Shown in pieces: positions 9,650-18,827 of a stretch of 44,277 bases of DNA. The notes under the pieces were generated by a model, which was not told where the DNA came from, searched no databases, and was given only the letters and a program-made list of their open reading frames with translations. The stretch is from Polaromonas sp. (GTDB lineage: Bacteria; Pseudomonadota; Gammaproteobacteria; Burkholderiales; Burkholderiaceae_C): assembly GCA_043738155.1 (NCBI GenBank), contig JAYSZH010000032.1, forward strand, positions 1-44,277, read 5' to 3'. A program made the translations under genes and the position numbers. Position 1 is the stretch's first letter, and the number at the start of each line of letters is the position of its first letter.

Positions 9650-10387
9650 TCATGGCTGAGACAGACCCAACTCTTTGCTCAGGTTTTCAACAATCTGCCG
9701 CAAATGTGCGACTTCATGCTCCAAGGCGCTGATACGCTGGTGAATCACCGATCCCTCGTTCGTAGCCAACTCTTGCGCCTCATTCTCGGTCGCCAACAAC
9801 GCCAAATCGACCGGACCGCACATCAAGTGCGTCCAACGCTGCTCGCGCGTTCCTGGGGCACGGGGCAGTTTTTGCACCAGCGGCCCGCCTTTCTCCGAGG
9901 ATCGGTCTTGCAGTTCTTCTAAAAACCCCTCTACGGATGAAATATCAGCAAATTTATACCAGCGCTCTGAATTGATGCGCAGCTCGCCTGCTGTTTGCGG
10001 GCCACGCAACATCAGCAAACCCAAAATAACGGCAGATTGCTCAGGCACGCCCACAGCGCGCTGAAAATTATGCTCAAAGCGCGTACTTCTGCTGCCGCTG
10101 ACCTCCCGAACGAGGGGTTGTCCAATAGAATTTGCTATATTTTTCATAGCTGTTAAGGCATTAAATACGTCGGCTTCGGTCAATTCCATGCTAGGAAAAC
10201 GGCTGCTTTTTTGATTGCAACCTAAAAGCAAAGAATTCAGCGTCAGTGGGTAGCTGTCGGGCACAGTGCGGGCTTTTTCCATCAAGGTGCCCAAGACGCG
10301 GGCTTGAATGGTGGTTAAATCTGGTAAATTTTTGGTGACTGTGTGTATGTCTATTTGTGCACCTGTAGCGTCAATGATGTTTTCCAA
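9650..10387 (-). CDS. YceH/DUF480 family protein
   Basis: 245-aa [38 protein letters not shown] parallels the E. coli YceH N-terminus ([35 protein letters not shown]). Confidence 0.85.
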   Translation of the reverse strand: MENIIDATGAQIDIHTVTKNLPDLTTIQARVLGTLMEKARTVPDSYPLTLNSLLLGCNQKSSRFPSMELTEADVFNALTAMKNIANSIGQPLVREVSGSRSTRFEHNFQRAVGVPEQSAVILGLLMLRGPQTAGELRINSERWYKFADISSVEGFLEELQDRSSEKGGPLVQKLPRAPGTREQRWTHLMCGPVDLALLATENEAQELATNEGSVIHQRISALEHEVAHLRQIVENLSKELGLSQP

Positions 10388-10417
10388 AGCGATAATTCCA
10401 ATAAATTAAAGAAGACC

Positions 10418-11002
10418 ATGAAGAATATCGTGATTTTGATCTCTGGCGGCGGTTCTAACATGGCCGCCATCGTTAAAACAGCCAAAACTCAGCAATGGGA
10501 GACCGTTTTGAACGCCCGTGTGGCGGCGGTGATCAGCAACCGCGCCGATGCGGCTGGTTTGTTGTGGGCGAAAAAACAGGGTATTGACACCGCCAGCATT
10601 GACCACAACACATTTAGTTCACGTGAGGCATTTGACCAAGCGCTGATGCAGCACATCGATGCGCACAACCCCACGCTGGTCGTTCTGGCAGGATTTATGC
10701 GTATTTTGACGCCAACTTTTGTAACGCACTATGCGGGCCGACTGATCAACATTCACCCGTCCTTGCTTCCCGCGTTTACAGGTTTGCACACGCACCAGCG
10801 CGCTATTGATGCAGGCTGTAAGTTTGCCGGCGCAACCGTGCACCAGGTAACGGCCGAACTCGATGTTGGCCCTATTTTGGAGCAAGCCGTGGTTCCAATT
10901 TTGAGCACCGATACAGCAGATACTTTGGCCACTAAAGTTCTCTCTCAAGAGCATTTGATATATCCGCAAACAATTGCAAAACTGATCAAATCTTGCAGCT
11001 GA
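10418..11002 (+). CDS. purN: Phosphoribosylglycinamide formyltransferase
   Basis: The ATG at 10418 gives MKNIVILISGGGSNM..., followed by the LAGFMRIL and INIHPSLLP motifs. The longer ORF-track start at 10343 would overlap the yceH start. Confidence 0.9.
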   Translation: MKNIVILISGGGSNMAAIVKTAKTQQWETVLNARVAAVISNRADAAGLLWAKKQGIDTASIDHNTFSSREAFDQALMQHIDAHNPTLVVLAGFMRILTPTFVTHYAGRLINIHPSLLPAFTGLHTHQRAIDAGCKFAGATVHQVTAELDVGPILEQAVVPILSTDTADTLATKVLSQEHLIYPQTIAKLIKSCS

Positions 11003-11058
11003 TAGCGCGTTTACGGCCCTGCGTGATTAATCCAACATGATTGACTAATTACTTGTGT

Positions 11059-11085
11059 GAATTGCTATCGTACTAATAGCAATTC
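11059..11085. other. Perfect 10-bp-stem hairpin downstream of purN
   Basis: GAATTGCTAT-cgtacta-ATAGCAATTC. There is no T-tract after it. It shares the ATAGCAA/TTGCTAT motif with the left arm of the dispersed repeat. Confidence 0.4.
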
Positions 11086-11114
11086 ATCAAGGGAGAGGAA
11101 CTTTGCACTAATTG

Positions 11115-11126
11115 GGTAATATTACC
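11115..11126. promoter_or_regulatory. Perfect 12-bp palindrome GGTAATATTACC in the AT-rich leader
   Basis: Read directly from the sequence. It is a candidate operator half-site pair upstream of the 11397 gene. Confidence 0.25.
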
Positions 11127-11396
11127 TTTCCTGCGTTTGGATGCATCTCATTTTTTGCAACTTTAGTATTCAGAGATGCCGAATATATTTAGACGCATCT
11201 GTTCATGCTTAAGCTGAACTTTAGTAAATATGCCATCTTTGCTATCGTTTTTACCAATTCTTACAATTCCGTTGCCTTTGTTGTTGTTTAGATTGACGTA
11301 CGGCTTAGGAGCTTATCGAGACCCCGTTACATAATTTATTGACGTTCATTAGATTCATTCTTTGGACACCTTTAAATTTGCAACAGGTAATTCAAA

Positions 11397-12272
11397 ATGT
11401 ATCCATCAAATGCTACCCTCGCAACATCAGCACTTGTCCAAGCGCGACCAGCCGTTTCAAGCAAAACCAAAACCGAAGAAGCACTGCCCTTCACGCTCAA
11501 AATCGTGCGCACGCAGGCTGAATTGAACAAAGCAGTATTGATTCGCCAAGCCGCCTACGACCGCCATTTGCCTGACTTTGCCAAATCTTTGGTGAAACCC
11601 GAAGCGGCAGATTTTGAAAAAGGCACGGTCGTGCTGTTGGCTGAGTCGAAAGAAGATGGCTCGCCTGTGGGCACCATGCGGATTCAAACCAATGCTTACA
11701 AACCGCTGTGCTTGGAGCAATCCATCAACTTACCCCAATGGCTGAAAGAGCTGCCGATGGCGGAAGCGACACGCTTGGGTGTGACCAATCAAGTGGGCGG
11801 CCGCTTGGTGACCACGGCCTTGTTCAAAGCTTTCTACATGTATTGCCAGCAAATTGGTGTGGAATGGATGGTGATTGCGGGTCGCGCACCGGTGGATCGC
11901 ATGTACCAGCGCATGCTGTTTGAAGATGTTGTGCCTGGCCAGGGCTTTGTGCCGCTGGCGCATGCCAACAATTTACCGCACCGCGTGATGTCGTTCAACG
12001 TGAAAACCGCGTTTGAACGCTGGTCTGCTGTGAATCACCCCCTCCTTAACTTCGCAGCACTGACGCACCACCCCGACATCACCTTGGATATGCCACGCAA
12101 ACCACTGTCCATGCCTATCGAGATGCCGTTGATGGCTGCCGCCACGTCTACGATGGTTGTTGCGCCTGCGATTTTGCCGATTCAAACCCTACAAACAGTT
12201 CAAGGCGCAGAGCGACGCTTGCCAGCGATCAATCCTGCCAGCCCAGCGGCAGCGAACCACTACGCGATGTAA
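11397..12272 (+). CDS. GNAT-fold N-acyl amino acid synthase-like protein (FeeM/NasY-like, LuxI-related), putative
   Basis: 291-aa ORF. Its pattern is LKIVRTQAELNKAVLIRQAAYDRH ... VVLLAESKEDGSPVGTMRIQ ... MAEATRLGV ... LFKAFYMYCQQIGVEWMVIAGRAPVDRMYQRMLFEDV. From memory this matches the autoinducer-synthase-like acyltransferase fold. The last ~60 aa are low-complexity Pro/Ala/Met-rich. Confidence 0.5.
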   Translation: MYPSNATLATSALVQARPAVSSKTKTEEALPFTLKIVRTQAELNKAVLIRQAAYDRHLPDFAKSLVKPEAADFEKGTVVLLAESKEDGSPVGTMRIQTNAYKPLCLEQSINLPQWLKELPMAEATRLGVTNQVGGRLVTTALFKAFYMYCQQIGVEWMVIAGRAPVDRMYQRMLFEDVVPGQGFVPLAHANNLPHRVMSFNVKTAFERWSAVNHPLLNFAALTHHPDITLDMPRKPLSMPIEMPLMAAATSTMVVAPAILPIQTLQTVQGAERRLPAINPASPAAANHYAM

Positions 12273-12301
12273 ACCACCACATTTGCATCATCGCTTAATT
12301 C

Positions 12302-12385
12302 GCTATTTTTGCTATTTTTGCTATATTTTTTATAGCTAATTAGGCAATAAATACGCCGGCTATAGGTCTATTTTCTGCCTCTAAA
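12302..12385 (+). repeat. Dispersed repeat copy 2, preceded by a GCTATTTTT x3 micro-tandem
   Basis: 12318..12373 reads TTGCTATATTTTTTATAGCTAATTAGGCAATAAATACGCCGGCTATAGGTCTATTT. The core is exact at 12346..12362. It lies between convergent gene ends. Confidence 0.9.
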
Positions 12386-12402
12386 TTGATTAGAATTTAT
12401 AA

Positions 12403-12669
12403 TCACTTCACCTCACCCAAATAAGTGAACCTTGGTTGTAAAACGCCGTCAATGACAACTGTTTCGTTGAACATGGCCGCTGGTCGCACCCACAGGCCGT
12501 GCTCGCCATACAGGGCGCGGTACAGCGTCATCGGTTGCAGGTCCTCGGAATGGCGCACTGTGTCGATAACCTCGTATTCGCCGCCCTTGTAATGGCGGTA
12601 AAGACCCGGCTTGGTCGTAATAATTGGGGGCAAATAGTCTGGTAGATGGTCAGTGTCAGCATGCGTCAT
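12403..12669 (-). CDS. DUF1653 domain protein
   Basis: 88-aa ORF with YRHYKGGEYEVI...MTLYRALYGEHGLWVRP, the characteristic DUF1653 pattern. Confidence 0.8.
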   Translation of the reverse strand: MTHADTDHLPDYLPPIITTKPGLYRHYKGGEYEVIDTVRHSEDLQPMTLYRALYGEHGLWVRPAAMFNETVVIDGVLQPRFTYLGEVK

Positions 12670-12729
12670 TTGATAACTATATAAGAGTTATCGAGCCAAT
12701 CCAGCTCCAAGCATGGGAAAATAGGGGCT

Positions 12730-14025
12730 ATGCACCCACAAATCATCCTAGAAGCCTGCACCGAACTCGTTCGGTTGACCCTCAAATTCGACCACCCCAC
12801 CGATGCCATCGTCGCCAAATTTTTCCGTGATAACCGCGGTTTTGGTCCACGCGAACGTGCCACTTTGACCGACACCGTTTACAGCGTGCTGCGTAACAAG
12901 CTGCGCTATGACCACTTTGCCCCCTCTGGCAGCGGTGGCAAAGAGCGTCGTTTGGCAATCTTGGGCTTTGCCGCGCCGCGTGCTTTCTTGGAGGGCGCAA
13001 TCAGCGAGCAGGAACTGGCTTGGATCAAAAAAATCGACGCTGTCAAAACCGACGAATTGCTAGACCGCCATCGCCACAATCTGCCCGAATGGCTGGTAGA
13101 GCCGCTCAAAGAGCAATTGGCCGATAAAAAAGGCGCTGGTTTTTGGCAATATGTTGAATCGCTCAATGTGAACCCAGGCTTGGATTTACGCGTCAACATG
13201 CTGAATGAAAAGCGTGATGATGTAGCCAAGGAACTCGCCAAAGTCGCCATCTCGTCCGAGCCGACACCTTTTTCCCCTTGGGGGCTGCGTGTGTCTGACA
13301 AAGCGCAATTGCGCAATTTGAGCGTTTACAAACGCGGTGCGATTGAGGTACAAGACGAAGGCTCGCAGCTACTGGCACTGTTGGTGGACGCAAAACGCGG
13401 CGAAATGGTTGCCGACTTTTGTGCGGGTGCAGGCGGAAAAACGCTGGCTATGGGTGCCTCTATGCGCAACACAGGGCGTTTGTATGCTTTTGACACGTCT
13501 GCGCACCGTTTGGAAGGCTTGAAGCCGCGATTGGCTCGCAGCTCGCTGTCAAACGTGCATCCAGCTGCCATTGCGCACGAGCGCGATGAGCGTATCAAGC
13601 GCTTGGCAGGCAAGATGGACCGCGTCTTGGTGGATGCACCCTGCTCAGGTTTGGGCACGCTGCGCCGCAACCCAGCCCTGAAATGGCGACAAACGCCCAA
13701 AACCATTGAAGAGATGGCGACACTGCAGGCTGCCATTTTGCAAAGCGCCGCACGCTTGGTGAAATCAGGCGGGCGCTTGGTTTATGCGACCTGCAGCTTG
13801 TTAAAGGACGAAAACGAGGCGATAGCGCAGCAGTTCTCGAACGCCAACCCAGATTTTGAGATGCTGCAAGTGGGCGATGTATTGACGCAATTGAAAGTTG
13901 AAAATGCTGCTTTTTTGTGCACAGGCACGGGTTTAGACGGCAGCACCGGGCTTGAATACCTGCGTTTGTGGCCACATATCCATCATACTGATGGCTTTTT
14001 TGCAGCGATTTGGCAGAAGAAGTAA
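12730..14025 (+). CDS. rsmB: RsmB/NOP-family 16S rRNA m5C methyltransferase
   Basis: 431-aa ORF with a NusB-like N-terminal domain and a class I SAM methyltransferase domain. It carries DFCAGAGGKT, VDAPCSGLGTLRRNP and YATCSL (catalytic Cys) motifs. Confidence 0.8.
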   Translation: MHPQIILEACTELVRLTLKFDHPTDAIVAKFFRDNRGFGPRERATLTDTVYSVLRNKLRYDHFAPSGSGGKERRLAILGFAAPRAFLEGAISEQELAWIKKIDAVKTDELLDRHRHNLPEWLVEPLKEQLADKKGAGFWQYVESLNVNPGLDLRVNMLNEKRDDVAKELAKVAISSEPTPFSPWGLRVSDKAQLRNLSVYKRGAIEVQDEGSQLLALLVDAKRGEMVADFCAGAGGKTLAMGASMRNTGRLYAFDTSAHRLEGLKPRLARSSLSNVHPAAIAHERDERIKRLAGKMDRVLVDAPCSGLGTLRRNPALKWRQTPKTIEEMATLQAAILQSAARLVKSGGRLVYATCSLLKDENEAIAQQFSNANPDFEMLQVGDVLTQLKVENAAFLCTGTGLDGSTGLEYLRLWPHIHHTDGFFAAIWQKK

Positions 14026-14036
14026 GCTTTTTCTGC
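14013..14036 (+). terminator. Weak terminator-like hairpin overlapping the rsmB stop codon
   Basis: GCAGAA-N12-TTCTGC, followed by a T/A-rich tail (ATTTTAGATAAATTT). The stem is short, so this is tentative. Confidence 0.3.
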
Positions 14037-14164
14037 ATTTTAGATAAATTTAAATGTTTTTAATGTAATTTCAAGTATTTTTAGCCTGACTTGGCATACA
14101 TTTCATTCTTGGTTATCGGTTTAAAAGTCATTACCCGTTATTGCAGCAAAATTTAGGAATTAAG

Positions 14165-15379
14165 ATGTTTTTACCCGATGGGGCAGTTTTGAATGCGGTC
14201 GTTGATTGGCTAGGTCACGGCGCGTGGAACCTAGCTTGGTGGCAAGTCGTCATTTACACTTTGGTGGTCACACACATCACTATTGCCAGTGTCACCATCT
14301 ACCTGCATCGCCACCAAGCGCACCGCGCGATGGATTTGCATGCTTCAGTCGCGCATTTTTTCCGTTTTTGGCTGTGGTTAACCACCGGACAAGTCACCAA
14401 AGAATGGGTAGCCATCCACCGCAAACACCACGCCAAGTGCGAAACCAAAGACGACCCGCACAGTCCGCACGCCCACGGTATCGAAACTGTGTTTTGGAAA
14501 GGTGCAGAGTTGTACCGCGCAGAATCCAAAAATTTAGAAACTCTGGCGAAATTTGGCCACGGCACGCCGAACGACTGGGTTGAACGCAATATTTACACCC
14601 GTTTTTCATGGCAAGGCGTGGCGTTGATGCTGATCATCAACTTGGCGCTATTTGGCGCTTTAGGTTTGACAGCTTGGGCGGTGCAGATGCTGTGGATTCC
14701 AGTGACTGCCGCCGGCATCATCAACGGCATTGGCCACTACTGGGGTTACCGTAATTTTGAAGCGCCAGACGCCAGCACCAACATCACGCCATGGGGCATT
14801 TTGATTGGTGGCGAAGAGCTGCACAACAACCATCATACCTACCCCACTTCTGCCAAGTTTTCCGTCAAAAAGTATGAATTTGACATGGGCTGGGTCTATA
14901 TCAGCGTTATGCAGGCTTTGGGTTTGGCCAAAGTTAAAAAGACACCACCAAAACTGCGACGCGGCACGTTCGAGGCGCTGGCGACTGAAAACACGCTAGA
15001 AGCTTTGATAGCCAACCGCTACGAAGTGATGGCCAACTACGCCAAACAGATGCGCCTTGCCTGTAAAGCCGAACTCGCTGTATTGAAAGCCAAACGAGCC
15101 GACATGACGACACTACTCGCTGCCAAACGCTGGCTGCACCGCGACGCCGACAAAGTGCCCGCAGCTGCCTTGCCGCACATTCAGCAAGCGCGTGCTGAGC
15201 ACCCGATTTTGGACAAAATGGTCGCCATGCGTGAAGAGTTGCGCCAGCTTTGGCTGAACACCAGCATGTCGCGTGAGCATTTGACGGCCGAATTGGCCGC
15301 GTGGTGTCACCGCGCTGAGGCCAGCGGCATTGCTGCATTGCAAGAATTTTCCATCATGCTGCGCACCGCTAAAGCTTAA
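14165..15379 (+). CDS. Membrane acyl-CoA/acyl-lipid fatty acid desaturase (Delta9-type)
   Basis: It has three histidine boxes (HRHQAH, HRKHH, HNNHH) and hydrophobic segments. The ATG at 14165 is preceded by AGGA. The ORF-track start at 14141 is a TTG eight codons upstream. Confidence 0.85.
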   Translation: MFLPDGAVLNAVVDWLGHGAWNLAWWQVVIYTLVVTHITIASVTIYLHRHQAHRAMDLHASVAHFFRFWLWLTTGQVTKEWVAIHRKHHAKCETKDDPHSPHAHGIETVFWKGAELYRAESKNLETLAKFGHGTPNDWVERNIYTRFSWQGVALMLIINLALFGALGLTAWAVQMLWIPVTAAGIINGIGHYWGYRNFEAPDASTNITPWGILIGGEELHNNHHTYPTSAKFSVKKYEFDMGWVYISVMQALGLAKVKKTPPKLRRGTFEALATENTLEALIANRYEVMANYAKQMRLACKAELAVLKAKRADMTTLLAAKRWLHRDADKVPAAALPHIQQARAEHPILDKMVAMREELRQLWLNTSMSREHLTAELAAWCHRAEASGIAALQEFSIMLRTAKA

Positions 15380-15397
15380 AGACTCAAAAAAAATACG

Positions 15398-15646
15398 ATG
15401 AGCGACTTAAGTATTGATGTTGAACTAGACACGCGCGGGCTGAACTGTCCGCTGCCGATTCTAAAAGCCAAAAAATCCCTCGCCAGCATGACCAGTGGTC
15501 AGCTGCTGCGCGTGGTTGCCACGGACACCGGCTCGCTACGAGACTTTCAAGCCTTTTGTAAACAAACCGGCAATGACTTGGTGGAGCAGCAAACTCTTGA
15601 AACCGAACAGGTTAAAGAGTTTGTGCATATTCTAAGAAGACGATAG
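15398..15646 (+). CDS. TusA/SirA-family sulfurtransferase-like protein
   Basis: 82-aa ORF with LDTRGLNCPLPILKAKK, which carries the conserved CP.P Cys motif. Confidence 0.85.
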   Translation: MSDLSIDVELDTRGLNCPLPILKAKKSLASMTSGQLLRVVATDTGSLRDFQAFCKQTGNDLVEQQTLETEQVKEFVHILRRR

Positions 15647-15659
15647 CCGATCACCATGG

Positions 15660-15679
15660 ATTCCCGCCTGCGCGGGAAT
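15660..15679. repeat. ATTCCCGC-CTGC-GCGGGAAT palindromic unit (dRS3/REP-like hairpin) between convergent genes
   Basis: Perfect 8-bp stem with a 4-nt loop, fitting the pattern ATTCCC-N8-GGGAAT. It lies between the tusA-like stop (15646) and the valS stop (15697) and is a candidate bidirectional terminator. Confidence 0.55.
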
Positions 15680-15696
15680 GACGGAAGTAATCTTGT

Positions 15697-18621
15697 TTAC
15701 GCCAATCTTGTTAATTGATCTTGTAGTTTCAGCAACGTAGCGGTATTGTCAGCAACCCGTTTGCGCTCCAACTCAATCACCGCTGGTGGCGCTTTGGCGA
15801 CGAAGGCTTCGTTGCTGAGTTTGCCGTTCACGCGGGCGATTTCGCCTTGCAGGCGCGTCACTTCTTTACCAATACGCAGTTTCTCGGCAGCAGCGTCAAT
15901 TTCCATGTGCAGGCACATGCGCAAATCACCCACCACAGACACAGGTGAAGCTTGCGCTGCAGATTGCCAAGTGGTTTCATCGTCAAACACTTTGACTTCA
16001 CTGAGTTTGGCAAGTGATTTCAACACCGGCGCAACATCGCGCATGAATGCCGCTTCAACTGCGTTAGCCGGCAGGGCAAACATCGGCAGCTTGGTCGATG
16101 GCGGCACGTTCATCTCACTGCGCAAGGTACGGCAACTATCGACCAAGCCTTTAAGTTTGGCGACGTGCGCCTCGGCAGCAGTATCTATACGATTTGGCTG
16201 GCTCACAGGGTACGCAGCAATACTGACACTTTCACCCGCTCTTCCAGCAACAGGTGCAACTTTTTGCCACAACTCTTCGGTAATGAACGGAATCACAGGG
16301 TGCGCCAAGCGTTGAATCGTCTCCAGCGTGCGAATCAAAGTACGGCGTGTGGCGCGTTGCTGTGATTCGTCACCAGTCTGGATTTGCACTTTGGCGATCT
16401 CCAAATACCAATCGCAAAACTCGTCCCATACAAACTGGTAAATGCTGTTGGCGACGTTATCCAAACGGTAATCTTCAAAACCTTTGGCAACGTCAGCCTC
16501 AACCCGCTGCAGAGCCGAGACAATCCAACGGTCGGCTTGGCTGAAGTTCAGATACCCGTGCGCAGAACCGCCCACTTCGCATTCGGCTTTGGTGTGCTCA
16601 CGCAAACCACAATCTTGTCCTTCGCAATTCATCAATACAAAGCGGGTGGCGTTCCACAGCTTGTTGCAGAAGTTGCGGTAGCCCTCGCAGCGTTTGCTGT
16701 CAAAGCTGATGTTCCGACCCAGCGATGCCAACGAGGCAAAGGTAAAACGTAACGCATCTGCGCCAAAGGCTGGAATACCATCCGGAAACTCTTTTTCAGT
16801 GTTTTTACGAACCGTAGGCGCGGTTTCGGGTTTGCGCAGACCTGTAGTGCGTTTGTCGAGTAACGGCGCCAAGGTGATACCGTCGATCAAATCGACCGGA
16901 TCCAGCACATTGCCTTCCGACTTGCTCATCTTCTTGCCCTGCGCATCACGCACCAGGCCGTGGATGTAGACATGCTTGAAAGGCACTTTGCCCGTGAAAT
17001 GCTTGGTCATCATGATCATGCGGGCAACCCAGAAGAAGATGATGTCGTAGCCGGTGACCAGCACGCTGGATGGCAGATACAAGTCCATGTCTTCGGTCTG
17101 CTCTGGCCAGCCCATGGTGCTGAATGGCACCAGCGCGGATGAATACCAGGTATCCAGCACGTCCTCATCCCGGCTGAGTGTCTTACCCGGTGCTTGCGCT
17201 TGCGCCTCGGCTTCATCTCTGGCCACATAGACTTTGCCGTCTTCGTCATACCAGGCTGGGATTTGATGACCCCACCACAATTGGCGCGAGATGCACCAAT
17301 CTTGGATATTTTTCATCCACTGGTCATAGGTGTTGACCCACTGTTCAGGGACGAATTTCACTTCGCCAGACGCTACTGCATCAATAGCACCTTGGGCAAT
17401 AGATACACCGTCTACAGCATTATTTTCAGGTGTTTTTGTCATCGCCACGAACCACTGATCCGTCAGCATCGGTTCAATCACTTGGCCAGTACGGGTGCAA
17501 ATCGGCACCATGTTTTTATGCGGCACAGCTTTTTGCAGGAAACCTTGCTCCTCCAAATCTTTTAAAACCGCTTTGCGGCAATCGTAGCGGTCTAGGCCTT
17601 GGTAGGCAACAGGGCCGTTTTCGTTGATCTTGGCATCCAGTGTGAAAATGGTGATCAGCGGCAGGTTGTGGCGCTGGCTACAGGCGTAGTCGTTAAAGTC
17701 ATGCGCACCGGTGATTTTGACGCACCCGCTGCCGAATTCACGGTCCACAAAGTCGTCAGCAATCACCGGGATTTTGCGGTCACACAAGGGCAAATCAACA
17801 AATTTACCCACCAAATGTTTGTAGCGCTCGTCTTCTGGGTGGACGCATAGCGCACCGTCGGCCAACATGGTCTCAGGTCGCGTGGTGGCGATGTGCAAGC
17901 CGCGAACGGTTGTGCCATCGCCTAAAGTTTGCGGACCGTCGCTGAACGGGTACTCGATGTGCCACATGAAGCTGTTACGCTCTTCGTTTTCAACTTCCAG
18001 GTCACTCACCGCCGATTTCAGCACCGGATCCCAGTTCACCAGGCGTTTGCCACGGTAAATCAAACCTTGCTCATACAAGCGGACAAAGGTTTCGGTCACG
18101 GTTTTGGACAACTTCGTATCCATCGTGAAGTATTCACGGCTCCAGTCCACACTCGCACCCATGCGGCGCATTTGGGTGGTGATGGTGTTGCCGCTTTGCT
18201 CTTTCCATTCCCACACTTTGGACACAAAGTTTTTGCGCGACTCAAAAGGCGTCGCGCCCATGTCGTGGCGACTGATGCCCTGCGCCTGCAGTTGACGCTC
18301 CACAACCACTTGGGTGGCAATACCCGCATGGTCCGTACCGGGAATCCAAGCGGTATTGAATCCGCTCATACGGTGGTAACGGGTCAGCGAGTCCATGATG
18401 GTCTGGTTGAAGGCATGGCCCATGTGCAGCGTGCCCGTCACATTGGGCGGCGGCAGCTGGATGGCAAAAGCGGGTGCCCCCTCTTTGGCCTGCTGTGTAC
18501 CGCGAAAACCCGCATCCGCGTAATGCCGCTTCTCCCACTCTGGCCCCCACTGAGCTTCAATAGCTGCAGGTTCGAACGATTTGGAAAGGGATTGAAGGCC
18601 AGGTTGCAAAATGTCGGTCAT
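15697..18621 (-). CDS. valS: Valine--tRNA ligase
   Basis: 974-aa ORF with [12 protein letters not shown] (HIGH motif), KMSKS, and a C-terminal coiled-coil. Confidence 0.97.
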   Translation of the reverse strand: MTDILQPGLQSLSKSFEPAAIEAQWGPEWEKRHYADAGFRGTQQAKEGAPAFAIQLPPPNVTGTLHMGHAFNQTIMDSLTRYHRMSGFNTAWIPGTDHAGIATQVVVERQLQAQGISRHDMGATPFESRKNFVSKVWEWKEQSGNTITTQMRRMGASVDWSREYFTMDTKLSKTVTETFVRLYEQGLIYRGKRLVNWDPVLKSAVSDLEVENEERNSFMWHIEYPFSDGPQTLGDGTTVRGLHIATTRPETMLADGALCVHPEDERYKHLVGKFVDLPLCDRKIPVIADDFVDREFGSGCVKITGAHDFNDYACSQRHNLPLITIFTLDAKINENGPVAYQGLDRYDCRKAVLKDLEEQGFLQKAVPHKNMVPICTRTGQVIEPMLTDQWFVAMTKTPENNAVDGVSIAQGAIDAVASGEVKFVPEQWVNTYDQWMKNIQDWCISRQLWWGHQIPAWYDEDGKVYVARDEAEAQAQAPGKTLSRDEDVLDTWYSSALVPFSTMGWPEQTEDMDLYLPSSVLVTGYDIIFFWVARMIMMTKHFTGKVPFKHVYIHGLVRDAQGKKMSKSEGNVLDPVDLIDGITLAPLLDKRTTGLRKPETAPTVRKNTEKEFPDGIPAFGADALRFTFASLASLGRNISFDSKRCEGYRNFCNKLWNATRFVLMNCEGQDCGLREHTKAECEVGGSAHGYLNFSQADRWIVSALQRVEADVAKGFEDYRLDNVANSIYQFVWDEFCDWYLEIAKVQIQTGDESQQRATRRTLIRTLETIQRLAHPVIPFITEELWQKVAPVAGRAGESVSIAAYPVSQPNRIDTAAEAHVAKLKGLVDSCRTLRSEMNVPPSTKLPMFALPANAVEAAFMRDVAPVLKSLAKLSEVKVFDDETTWQSAAQASPVSVVGDLRMCLHMEIDAAAEKLRIGKEVTRLQGEIARVNGKLSNEAFVAKAPPAVIELERKRVADNTATLLKLQDQLTRLA

Positions 18622-18827
18622 GGGGAAGCTTATAAATAGAAATAGAAATAGGCAAAAAAGCTATTTTACGGGAGCGATGTGGTTCACCTAAGGCACACCA
18701 AAATGCGCATGTATACTAAAGCACTACTTAATATTCGCCTCATGTTAGCTTTCTCTTTTTTATGCAAGATTAAATAAGTTTTTACCACCTTCTAAGTTTT
18801 ATCGGTGTTAGTGTCACTTCTAGTTCC

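Noticed and set aside
14088-14110. A possible sigma54 promoter, TTGGCATACATTTCATTCT, upstream of the desaturase
   Set aside because: The -24 GG is present, but the -12 element at the correct spacing reads TCAT rather than TTGC. This is not a credible match.
17929-18639. A 236-aa + strand ORF, and similar long antisense ORFs (2240..2815, 28434..29036, 35198..35647, 37298..37798, 38431..38985)
   Set aside because: Each lies wholly antisense to a strongly supported conserved gene (valS, plsX, yhdP, GST, yaeQ, sugar-binding protein). Each has an Arg/His/Gly-rich or otherwise biased composition typical of shadow ORFs.
18634-18651. An (AAATAG)x3 microsatellite just upstream of the valS start
   Set aside because: It is only three units in an AT-rich spacer. 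There is no evidence of function, and it could arise by chance or minor slippage.
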